A stretch of DNA of 34,922 nt from Nemertoderma westbladi (taxonomy: Eukaryota; Animalia; Xenacoelomorpha): contig JAUCBJ010006924.1 of NCBI GenBank assembly GCA_032718475.1, forward strand, positions 1-34,922. The letters run 5' to 3'. Of the stretch, positions 9,329-20,900 are shown one piece after another. The first letter of the stretch is position 1, and each line of letters starts with the position of its first letter. The notes under the pieces were generated by a model. That model had not been told where the DNA came from, made no database searches, and was given only the letters and a program-made list of their open reading frames with translations. The translations under genes were made by a program, and so were the position numbers.

Positions 9329-11931
9329 ATGCTTTCCCTTGTCAATAAGCGTTTATTGGTGGCGACACGCAGCTGCCCCGTCGTACCAACCCACTTCCGT
9401 AACGTTCACACATCCCGCGGCCACTTCGCCGCGAAAGATATTAAGTTCGGGGCCGGTTCGAGGTCTGAGATGTTAGTAGGTGTCGACATCCTGGCGGACG
9501 CGGTCTCCGTCACTATGGGACCCAAAGGGAGAACCGTAATCATAGAGCAATCCTGGGGGTCCCCCAAGATCACTAAAGACGGGGTTACTGTAGCCAAATC
9601 CATAGAGTTGAAGGATAAAATGCAGAACTTAGGGGCTCGTTTAGTGCAGGACGTTGCGAACAATACCAACGAGGAAGCGGGCGACGGGACGACCACAGCG
9701 ACCATCCTCGCGAGGTCCATCGCCAAGGACGGTTTCGAGAAAATCGGCCGCGGCGCCAACCCCATCGAGATCCGACGCGGGGTTATGTTGGCTGTGGAGG
9801 CCGCCGTAGCGCGGTTGAAGGAGATGTCGAGGACGGTTACCACCCCCGAGGAGATCGCCCAAGTGGCCACGATATCCGCCAACGGGGATCGCAAGATCGG
9901 CGATCTCATCAGCGAGGCCATGAAGAAGGTTGGGAGGAGCGGGGTGCTGACCGTAAAGGACGGGAAGACGTTACACGATGAGTTGGAGGTTATCGAAGGC
10001 ATGAAGTTCGATAGAGGATACATATCGCCCTACTTTATAAACACGACGAAAGGGATGAAGGTTGGCCGCAACCCGCAAATTTAGTTTTAAATAGCTTTAA
10101 ACATTTTTAATTAAGTTTAAAATTAGATTCAATAGCGCTATAATCATATTTGTGATTTATAATAATGTAATACTAATATTGAAATAATGTAAATGTAATA
10201 ATGTAAATCATCATTATCAATAATAATGCAAATAATGTAAATTATGTCTGTATACCAGGTGGAGTACCAGGACGCTCTAGTTCTCCTCAGCGAGAAGAAG
10301 ATCTCCTCTATTCAGCAGCTGATCCCCGCCCTGGAATTAGCCAATCAGGCGAGGAAACCGCTGCTGATAATGGCGGAGGACGTAGACGGAGAGGCGTTGA
10401 GCACCTTAGTGATAAACAAACTGAAGATCGGGTTGCAGGTAAATAAAGTTATTAAACATGGTTGCAGGTAAATAAAGTTAATGAACATATGGTTGCAGGT
10501 AAATAAAGTTATTAATCATGGTTGCAGGTAAATAAAGTTAATGAACATATGGTTGCAGGTTAATAAAGTTATTAATCATGGTTGCAGGTAAATAAAGTTA
10601 ATGAACATATGGTTGCAGGTTAATAAAGTTATTAAACATGGTTGCAGGTAAATACAGTTAATTAACATATTTTTGCAGGTAAATAAAGTTATGAATAGAA
10701 CATATGGTTGCAGGTAAATGTAATTAATCAAACTAGGGTTGCAGCTTGAGGTCGAATAAGGTGAAAGTATTAATAGGATAGCAGGTAAATAAAGTGAATA
10801 TTGTAACTTTTTTAACCTCTTGACTGTGAATATGCGTCATAGTCCCAATACCCCTCCCCGTCTCTGTAGGTTTGCGCGGTGAAGGCACCCGGGTTCGGGG
10901 ACAACCGTAAGAACACCTTGAAGGACATCGGGATAGCGACCGGGGCCGTTGTATTCGGGGACGAGGCCATCGACCTCAAGATGGAAGACGTTAATATGAA
11001 CGACCTCGGAAAGGTTGGCGAAGCCGTGGTAACCAAGGACGATTGTCTGTTACTGCGAGGAGCGGGTGATAGAAAGGTTTGTAAAGTCTTTATTTATATA
11101 ATTCTTTTAACACATTATGTTATTGATATACATTCTCGAATTTCTCAAATTCTATTTTTTCCTATAATAAGTAATATTTTTTTCCTTGTAAACTTCTTTA
11201 TGTTTACGCTCTTCTCATGTGTACTTTCGCGTTTATATTACAATTATTGGTGTAACGATAGGTTTGCCAAATTACAATTACAGGCCGTAGAGAAACGTAT
11301 CGGAGACATTGAAGCCGAAATGGAAGAGACTAAGTCGGAGTACGAGAAAGAGAAACTCAACGAGAGGATGGCGAAGTTGAGCGACGGTGTCGCGGTGCTG
11401 AGGATCGGGGGGTCGAGCGAGGTGGAAGTCAACGAGAAGAAAGATCGAGTGAACGACGCGCTGAATGCGACGCGAGCGGCGATAGAGGAGGGGATAGTGC
11501 CCGGGGGAGGGGTCGCGCTGCTGCGGTGTCTGCCGTCGCTGGACGCGGTCGATGTGGGAGACAACGAGGACCTAAAGATCGGGGTTAACCTCGTCCGGGA
11601 GGCCTTCAAGGCGCCGTGTCGGACGATCGCGCGGAACGCGGGGAAGGAGGGTGGTGTCGTTGAGAAAGTCATGGAGAGCGAGCACAACGTCGGTTACGAC
11701 GCTATGGCTGATAAGTTTGTTGATATGATCGAGGTTGGGATTATAGACCCCACTAAGGTGGTTCGAACCGCGTTGCAGGACGCCGCTGGTGTTGCTTCCT
11801 TACTGACTACCGCCGAGGCCGTTGTTGTGGAGAACCCCAAGGAGGAGAAGGACATGGGGATGGGTGGAGGCGGTATGGGTGGCATGGGAGGAATGGGTGG
11901 GATGGGAGGCATGGGAGGAGGAGGATTCTAA
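9329..11931 (+). CDS. HSPD1: Mitochondrial 60-kDa chaperonin (HSP60/Cpn60), join(9329..10060,10259..10438,10870..11076,11284..11931), 588 aa
   Basis: Basic N-terminal presequence, then [74 protein letters not shown] and a C-terminal GGM tail. Three GT-AG phase-0 introns give a continuous frame. Confidence 0.96.
10431..10745 (+). repeat. 29/31-bp tandem repeat spanning the exon 2/intron 2 junction of HSP60
   Basis: GGTTGCAG|GTAAATAAAGTTA... about 10 units alternating 29 and 31 bp; the first unit starts in the last 8 nt of exon 2. Confidence 0.92.
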
Positions 11932-13299
11932 TAATGGTGATACTTTCGGTTTAGGATAAGTATAGCGACGCTGAAGCCCCAGATGTTTAGCAGTTTATAG
12001 AATTTATTAATTGAATTATTCCGTGTTGTTGAAAGTTTGACTTGCATTCGATGTGACGAGCAACACCGTGCTAACAATATATCGCAGTGGCAAATGCAGA
12101 AACTAGACAACTGTTTAGGTACTTAGGATGGATTTTAATTAAAGTTGATTAAGTGAAATAATTGTTGCAATTTCCAATAGCTGAGCATAAAGATTTGTGT
12201 AATGGTGCGGTTCCATCACTAACTTAATTAATTTGGCCTCGCGTCTTGTGCTGTGGTTTCTGATATTTAGAAATTATGTGCAACAAACTGATTTATTTGA
12301 TAAATATTACAAAAACAGGTCATTGTAAAACTGTACCGGAGTAGGTTGTATCATGTTTAATGGTTACCGGGAGATTATGTCTAGCTATGCAATTTATAAT
12401 TGTTTCTATGTATTATATTAATGTTGTATACATCAGGGATTTGGGAATATTAAGCAATGAATGATATAAAACAATAGAAAACAATGTTGCATTTATTTTA
12501 TATAGTTGGGTATTTAAACTGGGCAGGTTGAGGGTAGGTGGGTGTCATTGATGGCGGTTAAAAAAGAGATAAGGGTTTAAAGAAGGGGAGGGGGGGGGGG
12601 GGGCGGGGGGCACCCCGTAAAATTGTCACATTCTGGATTTTTGTTTCATCTGATCCATACTCTAATGAGGGTTTCAAATCTTTAAACGGCTTAACGAGAT
12701 CATTTTTTAGTTATCGATGTCTTTCCTGCTTCCAGTGTGTCAACAAACTGTCAGACAAACCGTCGGAAATGAAATCACCGATCACAAAAAGGAACTAACC
12801 AAGTAACTTAACAGACCCCAGACCGACAGGTTTTAGGGGGTAGGTTAAAACTTTAAAGCAAATTATCTCCAAGTAAAAATTTTCATGATTTTTAAAATTT
12901 GAAAAATACTACTACTCAGTCATTTTACACCCAACTTCGATAATTTATGGCTCGTTTTAAAGATTTGTGGATTCTAATTTGGATAAATTTTGGCAAGGGA
13001 CGCCTGGTTGGCGTTTGTAGTGAAACATTTAATTCCGCCACTCGCCGCAAAAGGGTGACTCCTTGGTAATCCACAAAATCCACAGTCCACATAAAAAAGG
13101 CAAAAAAAAAAATAAAAAAGTCCACAAAATAATAGTTGACCGCTACATTTTTGACACTCAGCGAGAAGCTAGTACCCACCAAAACAACCTTTTTGTATAT
13201 CTCGGTTTCAACCTCAGTATTCCTAGAGTCACCGAATTGCAATGATTTCGAACTTATTCCATCAACAAGCATGGACGTCCCGGTATTATACGAGTGATA

Positions 13300-13680
13300 C
13301 AATTGGATATCTCTAGCGGGCTATAGCATTGCCCACAATCACATATTCCGCGCGGTTCCTTACGGGGTCAATTAGTAATGTAGAACTTAATCATCAAGAT
13401 ATCTATTATCGAAAGGCTCTTCGTAGTTTATTATTCCTGGGACCATCCTACACTAGTAACTCCATTCTACTGTATACGAGCTGCCCACGAGATCTGTAAC
13501 GCCAAGCATGAACTCGCTCCTCACATGGAAATACAACTCGAACTCAATATTAGGTCGACTGGACATGGATCAGCTTTCTACTACTGACCAGATCAAATGT
13601 AATTTTATCCAGGACTGTATTCGATCATCCGGGCCATTCGCTGGAAAACATGAGCGCATTCTGAACTTCTTCAACTAATT
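13300..13680 (+). pseudogene. Degenerate non-LTR retrotransposon ORF2 C-terminal fragment
   Basis: Manual translation L*RAIALPTITYSARFL...ELNHQDIYYRKALRSLLFLGPSYTSNSILLY resembles the post-RT region of LINE ORF2; contains stops. Confidence 0.4.
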
Positions 13681-14741
13681 CGTATCATGCTGGGAAATAC
13701 GATACAGTATTTTACCTGTATCATTGAATCGCTTTTATTGGCGGTGCTGAACTGTCCCTCTTCACTGGAGACTTTATCGTTTATAATCGGTGCAGTTTTA
13801 TATTTTATGGTGCCATAGAATGTTACATATTTATATCGGCGCGATTTATGTTTATGCACCACTACCGGAAAATATTATCTTAATACCGGCTTGTCCGGGT
13901 TTTATGAAATAAAAAATAATAATAATAAATAGTGCAATTGACCTACAACACACTGTTAGAGCTGTTTAAAAAAAATAGGTGAAAGTAAAAGTAAAGTACT
14001 TGTTGTTATGGTAGGCCTCTAAGAGGAAACTCAGTGTAAATACCATCTCTCAGTGAAATAATAATATGTCATCTCTGGGAATTAACAATGTTATTAGTAA
14101 TTCATGGAGCAACTTAAATCTTTGAACTAGGCATATTTTTAGATTAATTTTAAGCTGCCGCAAGTTTGTATGCTCTATATAACCTACCGTAAGCGTAAGT
14201 ATACCTGGTTTACCCTAAGTGTACGTATTGTAAATATGGTTTGTTTTTCTCCAGTGTTTTTATTTTAATTATTATGTCGCCGTTAAATAATAATAAAACT
14301 TATTCTAACTAGGGTTTAAAAAAGGGTTGTTTTAAACACATGTTTCGAAACACTTTTTTTTTGTTTTTTTACGGATAAAAAAACAGTGTTTTTTTTAGAC
14401 AAAGACAGCATAAACAATATGAGCTAAAATGCATGCTATACCTATAATTTACACCACTACTTCCATATACTGTAGTGATGTCGAGGTGGTTCCTGAACTT
14501 GTGTAGTCCGAGGACTGCGTTAAGATTGACGAGGATGGTATGGTAGTGTGACTGGACTGTTTGTGACTATGTTTCTGTGCAGTTTGATATTACTGTTACT
14601 GTCAGTACGGTAGTGTCTAGTGTGAGTGTTGCTGTTGGTGTCAGAGTAGGTCATTGTACAATAAGTTGTATAATAAAGCATTAAATATTATAGCATTTAC
14701 AGTATTTAACTACGAAATTTATTTAACAATTTATATATATA

Positions 14742-17123
14742 CTACTAGGATCGGCATGCTGCATTGCAGCTGCATTTTTAAGAATGCTGTGCCGGCTTAT
14801 CGAGAAAATTGCACCGCCACAACTCCCTATCACCCATGACATTTGCTAGATCATCCGCATCTTCAAGGCCAGTGTCCTTTAAGATGCGTCTCAAGAAAGT
14901 CATGGGCTTTCCACCATGTTTATTGACTCCATGAGGCTGCCAAAGTACAAGATTATGCACTGGCTGATCCTCACGGCGAAAGCAATGTCCTGCAAAGCGG
15001 AGGCGATTTTGTTCTAGTGTCAAGCTTGGGGGAACCAATGAGACACTTTCAATGTTATATAGTGTCTGGTTGGAGATGTGTGCATTGTACTTGACACAAT
15101 GAACCCGGCGTAGCATTCTTGTGAATGTGCCATCCAGAGATTTGGTGTCCTCAGCAGTTAGAGCCCAGCATGGACTCCCATAGAGGAGTACTAGAACTAC
15201 TGCTGCTCTAAATAATCGGACCTTAAGTTTCCGATTAATTCTCGGTGACTTCCAAATCCTGGAAAGCCTATTCAAGGCTGCCCATGCCTTTCCCTTACGT
15301 ATTCGAAGGTCCTCACCTGACTTCCGGATCCATGATCCCAGGTAACAGAAGTCATCCACATGCTCAAGCATACCATCTTTTGAGCTTATGCTCATCCGAT
15401 CAGAGACTTGCTGAGGACTTTCAAAGTTAACAGTCAAAATGTTGGTCTTTCTGGAGTTAATAAAAAGACCAACATTAGAAGCAGCATGTTCTAATGAGCT
15501 GAGGAGCCGTTGGGCTCCCTCTAGTGATTCTGAGAGTACTCCTAAGTCATCAGCAAAGTCTAGATCAGTTAGGTACTTGGCAGGATTTCCTCGACTTCTG
15601 GAGCCAGTAGGTGGAGTTATCATCACCCCATCATTATGATGATCTAAGGACATGCGTAGAACATAGTCAACAACAATTATGAACAAGAATGGTGCAAGTG
15701 TGTCTCCCTGGAGGACGCCCCATAACAGTTCAAATGGTTCTGTGTCACCGTCAACAGTAGACACAAATGTTGTCGAACCATCGTATATTGATCTGATTGC
15801 TGCAATAATTTCATCAGGAATCCCATATAATGAAAGTATGCTGAACATACGTGAGCGAGAGACTGAATCAAAGGCCTTGAAGAGGTCAACAAAGATAACA
15901 GCCAGATGCCTGTCTTTCTTTTTTGATAACTCTTCAATTATCCTTCTAAGTGCCAAAATGGGCTCCATGGTCCCACGACCTTTACGGAACCCATTCTGAT
16001 TTCCACGGAGCAGTCTCTCAATGGGATCCCTGAGGCGATTTAATAGAATTATAATGTATAGCTTTGCTGCAATCGAGATCAATGAGATTCCCCGAAAAGA
16101 ACCATAGAGTGTTAGGTTGCCCTTCTTGGGAACTGGCACCAACTTATTTGTTTTCATTTCTTGTGGAACTCTTGTTGTTCGGTACATGTCTACTATGATG
16201 GGATTGATGAGCGTAAAACACTCAGGTATTTTAAAGACCTCAGGGGGAACACCATCTATTCCACCGGAACGATTGGTCTTAATGCTCTTTGCAGCAACCT
16301 TCACTTCTGCAAAGGAGATATCACCAATGGGAATATCTGGGAGTACAGACTCAGACACTTTTACTTCTATAAAGTTATCAGGCAATACCCGGTCATTATT
16401 GAGGAGCTTTTCAAAGTGGGCCTTCCAACCATTGAGGCAATCGGCTGGTGATTCAGCCTTAACCTTGGTGGTTGGTTGGCTTTTTCGACCAGCAAGCAAG
16501 TTGATCGATCTCCATGCCTGGGATGATTGCCTGCTGTCGTCAGCATCATTGATGGCATCAACCTGTTGGTTTATTAGCTCCTGTAAATTAACAGAGTACT
16601 GCCTGTTCAGGGACAGGGACCTAGATGCAGCCTTAACTGCATTCTTGGCCGCTGTAGTCTGTTTGAGTCGGGAATCTTTCTGCGCCTTGTAGAGGTCATT
16701 TCGGCACTTCTGAATTTTGTTGTCAGTCCAGGGGGCCCGTTTCCTGTTTCGAGGGTATACAGGAACTGTTTCTGCAGCTGATGCTAACTTAACTGCCTCT
16801 GTGAAGGCAGTATAGACCTCACAGTGATCTGCCGCCTCAGAGGCAAGAGCCTCATACCTGTTGCTCAGCTGTAGTGTGAAGCTGGATCTCACACTTGGCT
16901 GTTGCAACAGAGAGGACCAGTCATGCCTCGGCAAGGCAGATTTCGTTGTTCTGCTAGCACGCAGACTAAGTCTTACTTTGGCCACAATAAGGGGTGATCA
17001 CTGGAGAAGGGTCGTAGTGTAAATGCATTACAGTCTTGTATAGAGCTCCTGTATTTCCTACGAAACAGGATATGGTCTATCTGTTACTTGTGACCACTGG
17101 GTCCTAGACTTGTGACCACTGGG
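14742..17123 (-). mobile_element. RTE-clade LINE, 5'-truncated within the endonuclease domain
   Basis: RT ORF plus APE C-terminus (QIDHIL...SDH); short 3' UTR AAATGCAGCTGCAATGCAGCATGCCGATCC(TAG)n; approximate TSD TTATATATATA at 14731-14741 and 17124-17134; duplicated 16-mer ACTTGTGACCACTGGG at the 5' junction. Confidence 0.9.
14778..16985 (-). CDS. RTE-type reverse transcriptase ORF (partial ORF2; endonuclease truncated and frameshifted)
   Basis: 735-aa open frame with QNGFRKGR, FVDLFKAFDSV, GVLQGDTLAPFLF, LDFADD, FCYLGSWI and RLRFAGH. Confidence 0.88.
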   Translation of the reverse strand: MAKVRLSLRASRTTKSALPRHDWSSLLQQPSVRSSFTLQLSNRYEALASEAADHCEVYTAFTEAVKLASAAETVPVYPRNRKRAPWTDNKIQKCRNDLYKAQKDSRLKQTTAAKNAVKAASRSLSLNRQYSVNLQELINQQVDAINDADDSRQSSQAWRSINLLAGRKSQPTTKVKAESPADCLNGWKAHFEKLLNNDRVLPDNFIEVKVSESVLPDIPIGDISFAEVKVAAKSIKTNRSGGIDGVPPEVFKIPECFTLINPIIVDMYRTTRVPQEMKTNKLVPVPKKGNLTLYGSFRGISLISIAAKLYIIILLNRLRDPIERLLRGNQNGFRKGRGTMEPILALRRIIEELSKKKDRHLAVIFVDLFKAFDSVSRSRMFSILSLYGIPDEIIAAIRSIYDGSTTFVSTVDGDTEPFELLWGVLQGDTLAPFLFIIVVDYVLRMSLDHHNDGVMITPPTGSRSRGNPAKYLTDLDFADDLGVLSESLEGAQRLLSSLEHAASNVGLFINSRKTNILTVNFESPQQVSDRMSISSKDGMLEHVDDFCYLGSWIRKSGEDLRIRKGKAWAALNRLSRIWKSPRINRKLKVRLFRAAVVLVLLYGSPCWALTAEDTKSLDGTFTRMLRRVHCVKYNAHISNQTLYNIESVSLVPPSLTLEQNRLRFAGHCFRREDQPVHNLVLWQPHGVNKHGGKPMTFLRRILKDTGLEDADDLANVMGDRELWRCNFLDKPAQHS

Positions 17124-17905
17124 TTATATATATATACAGTATATCAACTCCAATTCATTTATTTAATAGGTCTAATGTAGGCCTTAAAAATACCAGATAT
17201 GGGTGTACTGATATTGAAGCAACAGCTTAAAAAAAACATTAAAAACAATAAAATACATAAAAAAAAAAAAAAAAAACTTTTAAACAAATTGGTTTTTGAA
17301 AATCGTGTTTTTTTAAACCCTAATTCTAACCTATATAATAAACAAAGTCGTAGAAGAATGGAACAGGTTGAGGTTACAAGTCTTATTTTTGGGAGAAACC
17401 ATCAGACCTGTTCAATTTTTGTTATGTCAATTTTCCCGTGGAGAGGGATGAATTTTGATTGCGTCTACCTAGAATCTGTCTTGAAGCTGTTACCTATTAT
17501 CTGGAGTGATTGCATACAAGGATGAATCCAAGGTGTATGAATCTCACCGATGGACAAATATTTTCTAGTTTGGGCTTCTCTGCTGCTAGGCTGTAACGGT
17601 AGCCTATACTGCTATAGGCCTAAGTACTGAGAAATTGAACAGAAATTGGAGGGTATATCTTTTGCGTAGAGGTATAGCCTACATAGAGGCTTCATGTAGG
17701 TATGTGTAGCCTACATGTAGATGCACGTGTAGGGTGAATGTAGGTAGGTGTAGTCCCATAGATATTAATGTAATTTATGTGTCAACTTGCAGTAACGTGA
17801 TACACGGTCGTCAATCAGGATGTATGGCAATAATCTCTGATCTCCACGGTACAATACGGTACATCAACCTGCAGACCTGTCTGCTGTCAGACAACAGGTT
17901 TTACT

Positions 17906-20900
17906 CAAGGACTGCTATACTACAGGACTGGCACACTGAATATCCAGACCCCGCTAGCGGGGTCCATTAGTTCCCTTCTAATATGGCTCCGAAATAGATG
18001 CAAATTTGTTAAATTTTCAATTTTCTCTCACAGATAAATTGTTATTTATTCTTCTTATGTGTTTATGACGAACCTAGCACCTCAAACCTGCCTCGCTGCC
18101 TGCTTTAACGTTTGAGGCTGATATAATTATTGCTAAGCCAGTGATAGTCCATATACCATAATATTGTATGGTAGTAATCGTGCTCATGCACTATGCATAA
18201 TAAATTCAGACACCACCGGCACCGCCCACTACTCTCGCCACCAGCCCAGCCCAATACATTAATTAAACATCTTAGTGGGGCGAGCCACGTAGTGGTTGAA
18301 GCTTTACCGTACAGATTTAATAATGTTGACATTCTTATGATCTGCAATTTTAGATTATAAATTTTAACACGCAAAATGAATATTAAATAACGATTAGAAA
18401 ATCTATTTATTTCCAGCAGCTGCTATTTCAATCTGCAATGGTTTTTATATGTATAAATTGACGGCAGTGTAGGTAGCTACTCGATTCAAAATAACAACAG
18501 CAATTGGCCCTTAAAAGGGGCATTAGGGTTGAGTTGTATTACAGTATGTGACATGTGTCTGTAGGCATATTGAATTATCAAAATTAATTACAATTAAATT
18601 AATAGATAGTCGAATAGTCAATCTTCACTACAGAAGATTAATGTCCTTTATCCAGACCGGCAATGCGGAGAAATTTCCTGTTGGTTCCGTGACCTTCGGA
18701 AGATCGCTTTTCAGAGCACATCATGCTGGAGCGTTTCTGCATTCCGTTTAACAGTGTGTTCGCAAGGGTGGTACATGCAGCTGCGGGGGGCGCTGGTATT
18801 ATATCGTACTGTACAGCGATGGTTTTGACCACCTGGGCTAATTGACGGTAGCACAGTATGGTTCCATCAGGTACCGAATCTACCCATGTCGCTGACGCCA
18901 TTACCCACCAAACCAACTCATGTGATGGCAGCTGTAATCCACCCCTAGATAGCGTCTGGATAAATGCATTATCGGCCTGGATGGTGTTACCGGATACTTC
19001 TATCTCTGGAATTACACGAATGATATAACCAGCTACATAGGCAGCAGCATGCCGCTCACCAACAGTAGCCTCAAGTTCACCCAAACGATCTATAAGGACA
19101 AGGGATTCTTCGGTAAATGGGGTTACGCAACCTGTACATTCAATAGGGTGTTTAATGGCCGTCAACACATCTGGCATTTCACCCATCTTTACGAATGCTA
19201 GAAGGCTACGTAGACGCATCCCAGATTCAATATCCTTTACAGTAATTGACTGGTTAGAACCGGTCATACCACGCAGACATCCGAACTCACCCTCCAAGCG
19301 ATCTTGGGAAACTGTTCCAGTAAGAAAGTAAGTGAACCCGCTGCTTAAAAGGTAGCGAGAAAGGTCTATCATACCGGCCGTCGACTGGCACAGCGCCCTG
19401 TGGGTATCTGTCATAAGACTCCGTATGCGACGGACACCAATACCGTGAGGGAACGAGCGAAATTCCTCCACTAAGCCCTTCAGCGACTCGATGGCAGCAC
19501 AGTCGGATGATGTTATGGCCTGTCGATGATGATCTTTAAATCGGATCGCTTCCCCAATCGACTTTACGTTCATCAGTTTCCACCATGTCAACACCTGTAA
19601 CAGCAGTAAACAAAACACGATATATTATTTACATTGTACAGTACATTATTTATAGAATTACGAACTTGAATATGCCCGATAAAATATAAATAAATCGATA
19701 ATATAAAATATAATATATTAATATTAAATAGGAATAATTAAATAAATTAAATATATAATATAAATTAAATAAGTAAACTATTAATAAAGGCATAATGCCA
19801 TTTTGCCCCGCATAGGGGCGCATTTATCATTGAAAAAAATATTAAATAATATTAATATTTTACTAAGGTGCCTAGGCCCATCCGCATTTACATACCTGTT
19901 CTAACACTTCCGCAGTACCAGATCTACTCGAAAGAAACAACGCAGCTACAACACGGTCGTTAAAAACGCAAAGCACATGGTTGACATTCTGCTTCTGTAA
20001 GTTGGATGGGTTGATAGCTGCCTTTGTTAGTGACGTAAGACGTAAGACTCTGGACTTGTCTTCCTCGTACAAGTCCACTATATCACTCCATTTACCGATA
20101 GCGGAACCAAATTTGAGCTCCCGATTCTTCTCAGTTATCCAATTGTTGCGGATACACTTTAACACATGGACGGGATCAGGAATCAAGAATAGTTGTCGAG
20201 TTGAATCCAAAGGATGACGTACTTTCCATAGCTCTAGTCTGTCCTTATCCTCTATTTCGTCACGAAATAGATCGTTCGAACAATTGTTGGCCCGGAGGTT
20301 GTCATTAACCAAAGCAACAATATCACCGCCATGTTTGTGGAAAGAGGTAATTGCTTCCTTGATACACGTATGGGCAAATAGGGCTGTCATGGAATGAACT
20401 GGAATCATCTGCACCATCACTGAAGGTCCCCCGTATAAAATCTTAACCATCGAGCAGAGGACTGAGTTGGCCAACTCCGATGGGTCATCCTTAGCGTAGC
20501 CAAACACTCCATGTCCTTGATACAATAGTTTGGGAACCACCTTTACTTCGTCCGTTATAAGAATCGCCTTTGGGGATTCGGCAGCAGGCGTACCAGCTGG
20601 TAAGATGTTCTTTGCTTTACGAATAGCCGTTTCTATGAGCAAATCACTGGTGACTCCCTGTTTTAGCGATCTTATCTTCCTTTCGCATGGAAGAATAGCA
20701 ATCTGCCGCAGTATACTATATGGCAGACGCGGGTAGCCCTGAACAGCCAGTAGATAATCCGACTGTGAGTAACACTTCGAACCGCTACAATGCAGCTGCA
20801 ACTGATGGGATATAAACTCCAGCTGGGTTTTGTATTTATAATCAGAGCTGGAGGCGATAGCGTCATCAATCAACTCTCGGGCTTTCAGCAGCAAGTTCTC

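Larger units (their letters stand above)
14310..17322. mobile_element. Non-autonomous hAT DNA transposon (about 620 bp) split by an RTE LINE
   Basis: TIR TAGGGTTTAAAAAA...TTTTTTAAACCCTA; perfect 8-bp TSD ATTCTAAC at 14302-14309 and 17323-17330. Confidence 0.85.

Noticed and set aside
9406-11912. Long antisense ORFs over HSP60 (205, 147 and 72 aa)
   Set aside because: Shadow frames of a GC-rich, codon-biased CDS.
10879-11931. 350-aa ORF as an independent gene
   Set aside because: It is HSP60 exons 3-4 plus the stop-free intron 3.
13140-13173. GCTAGT as a Helitron 3' end
   Set aside because: No convincing subterminal hairpin or 5' TC end found.
15245-16692. Plus-strand ORFs opposite the RTE ORF
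   Set aside because: Antisense shadows with no motifs.
18638-19618. 326-aa ORF as a separate second transposon gene
   Set aside because: Its start lies in the intron's 3' end; it is exon 2 of the transposase.
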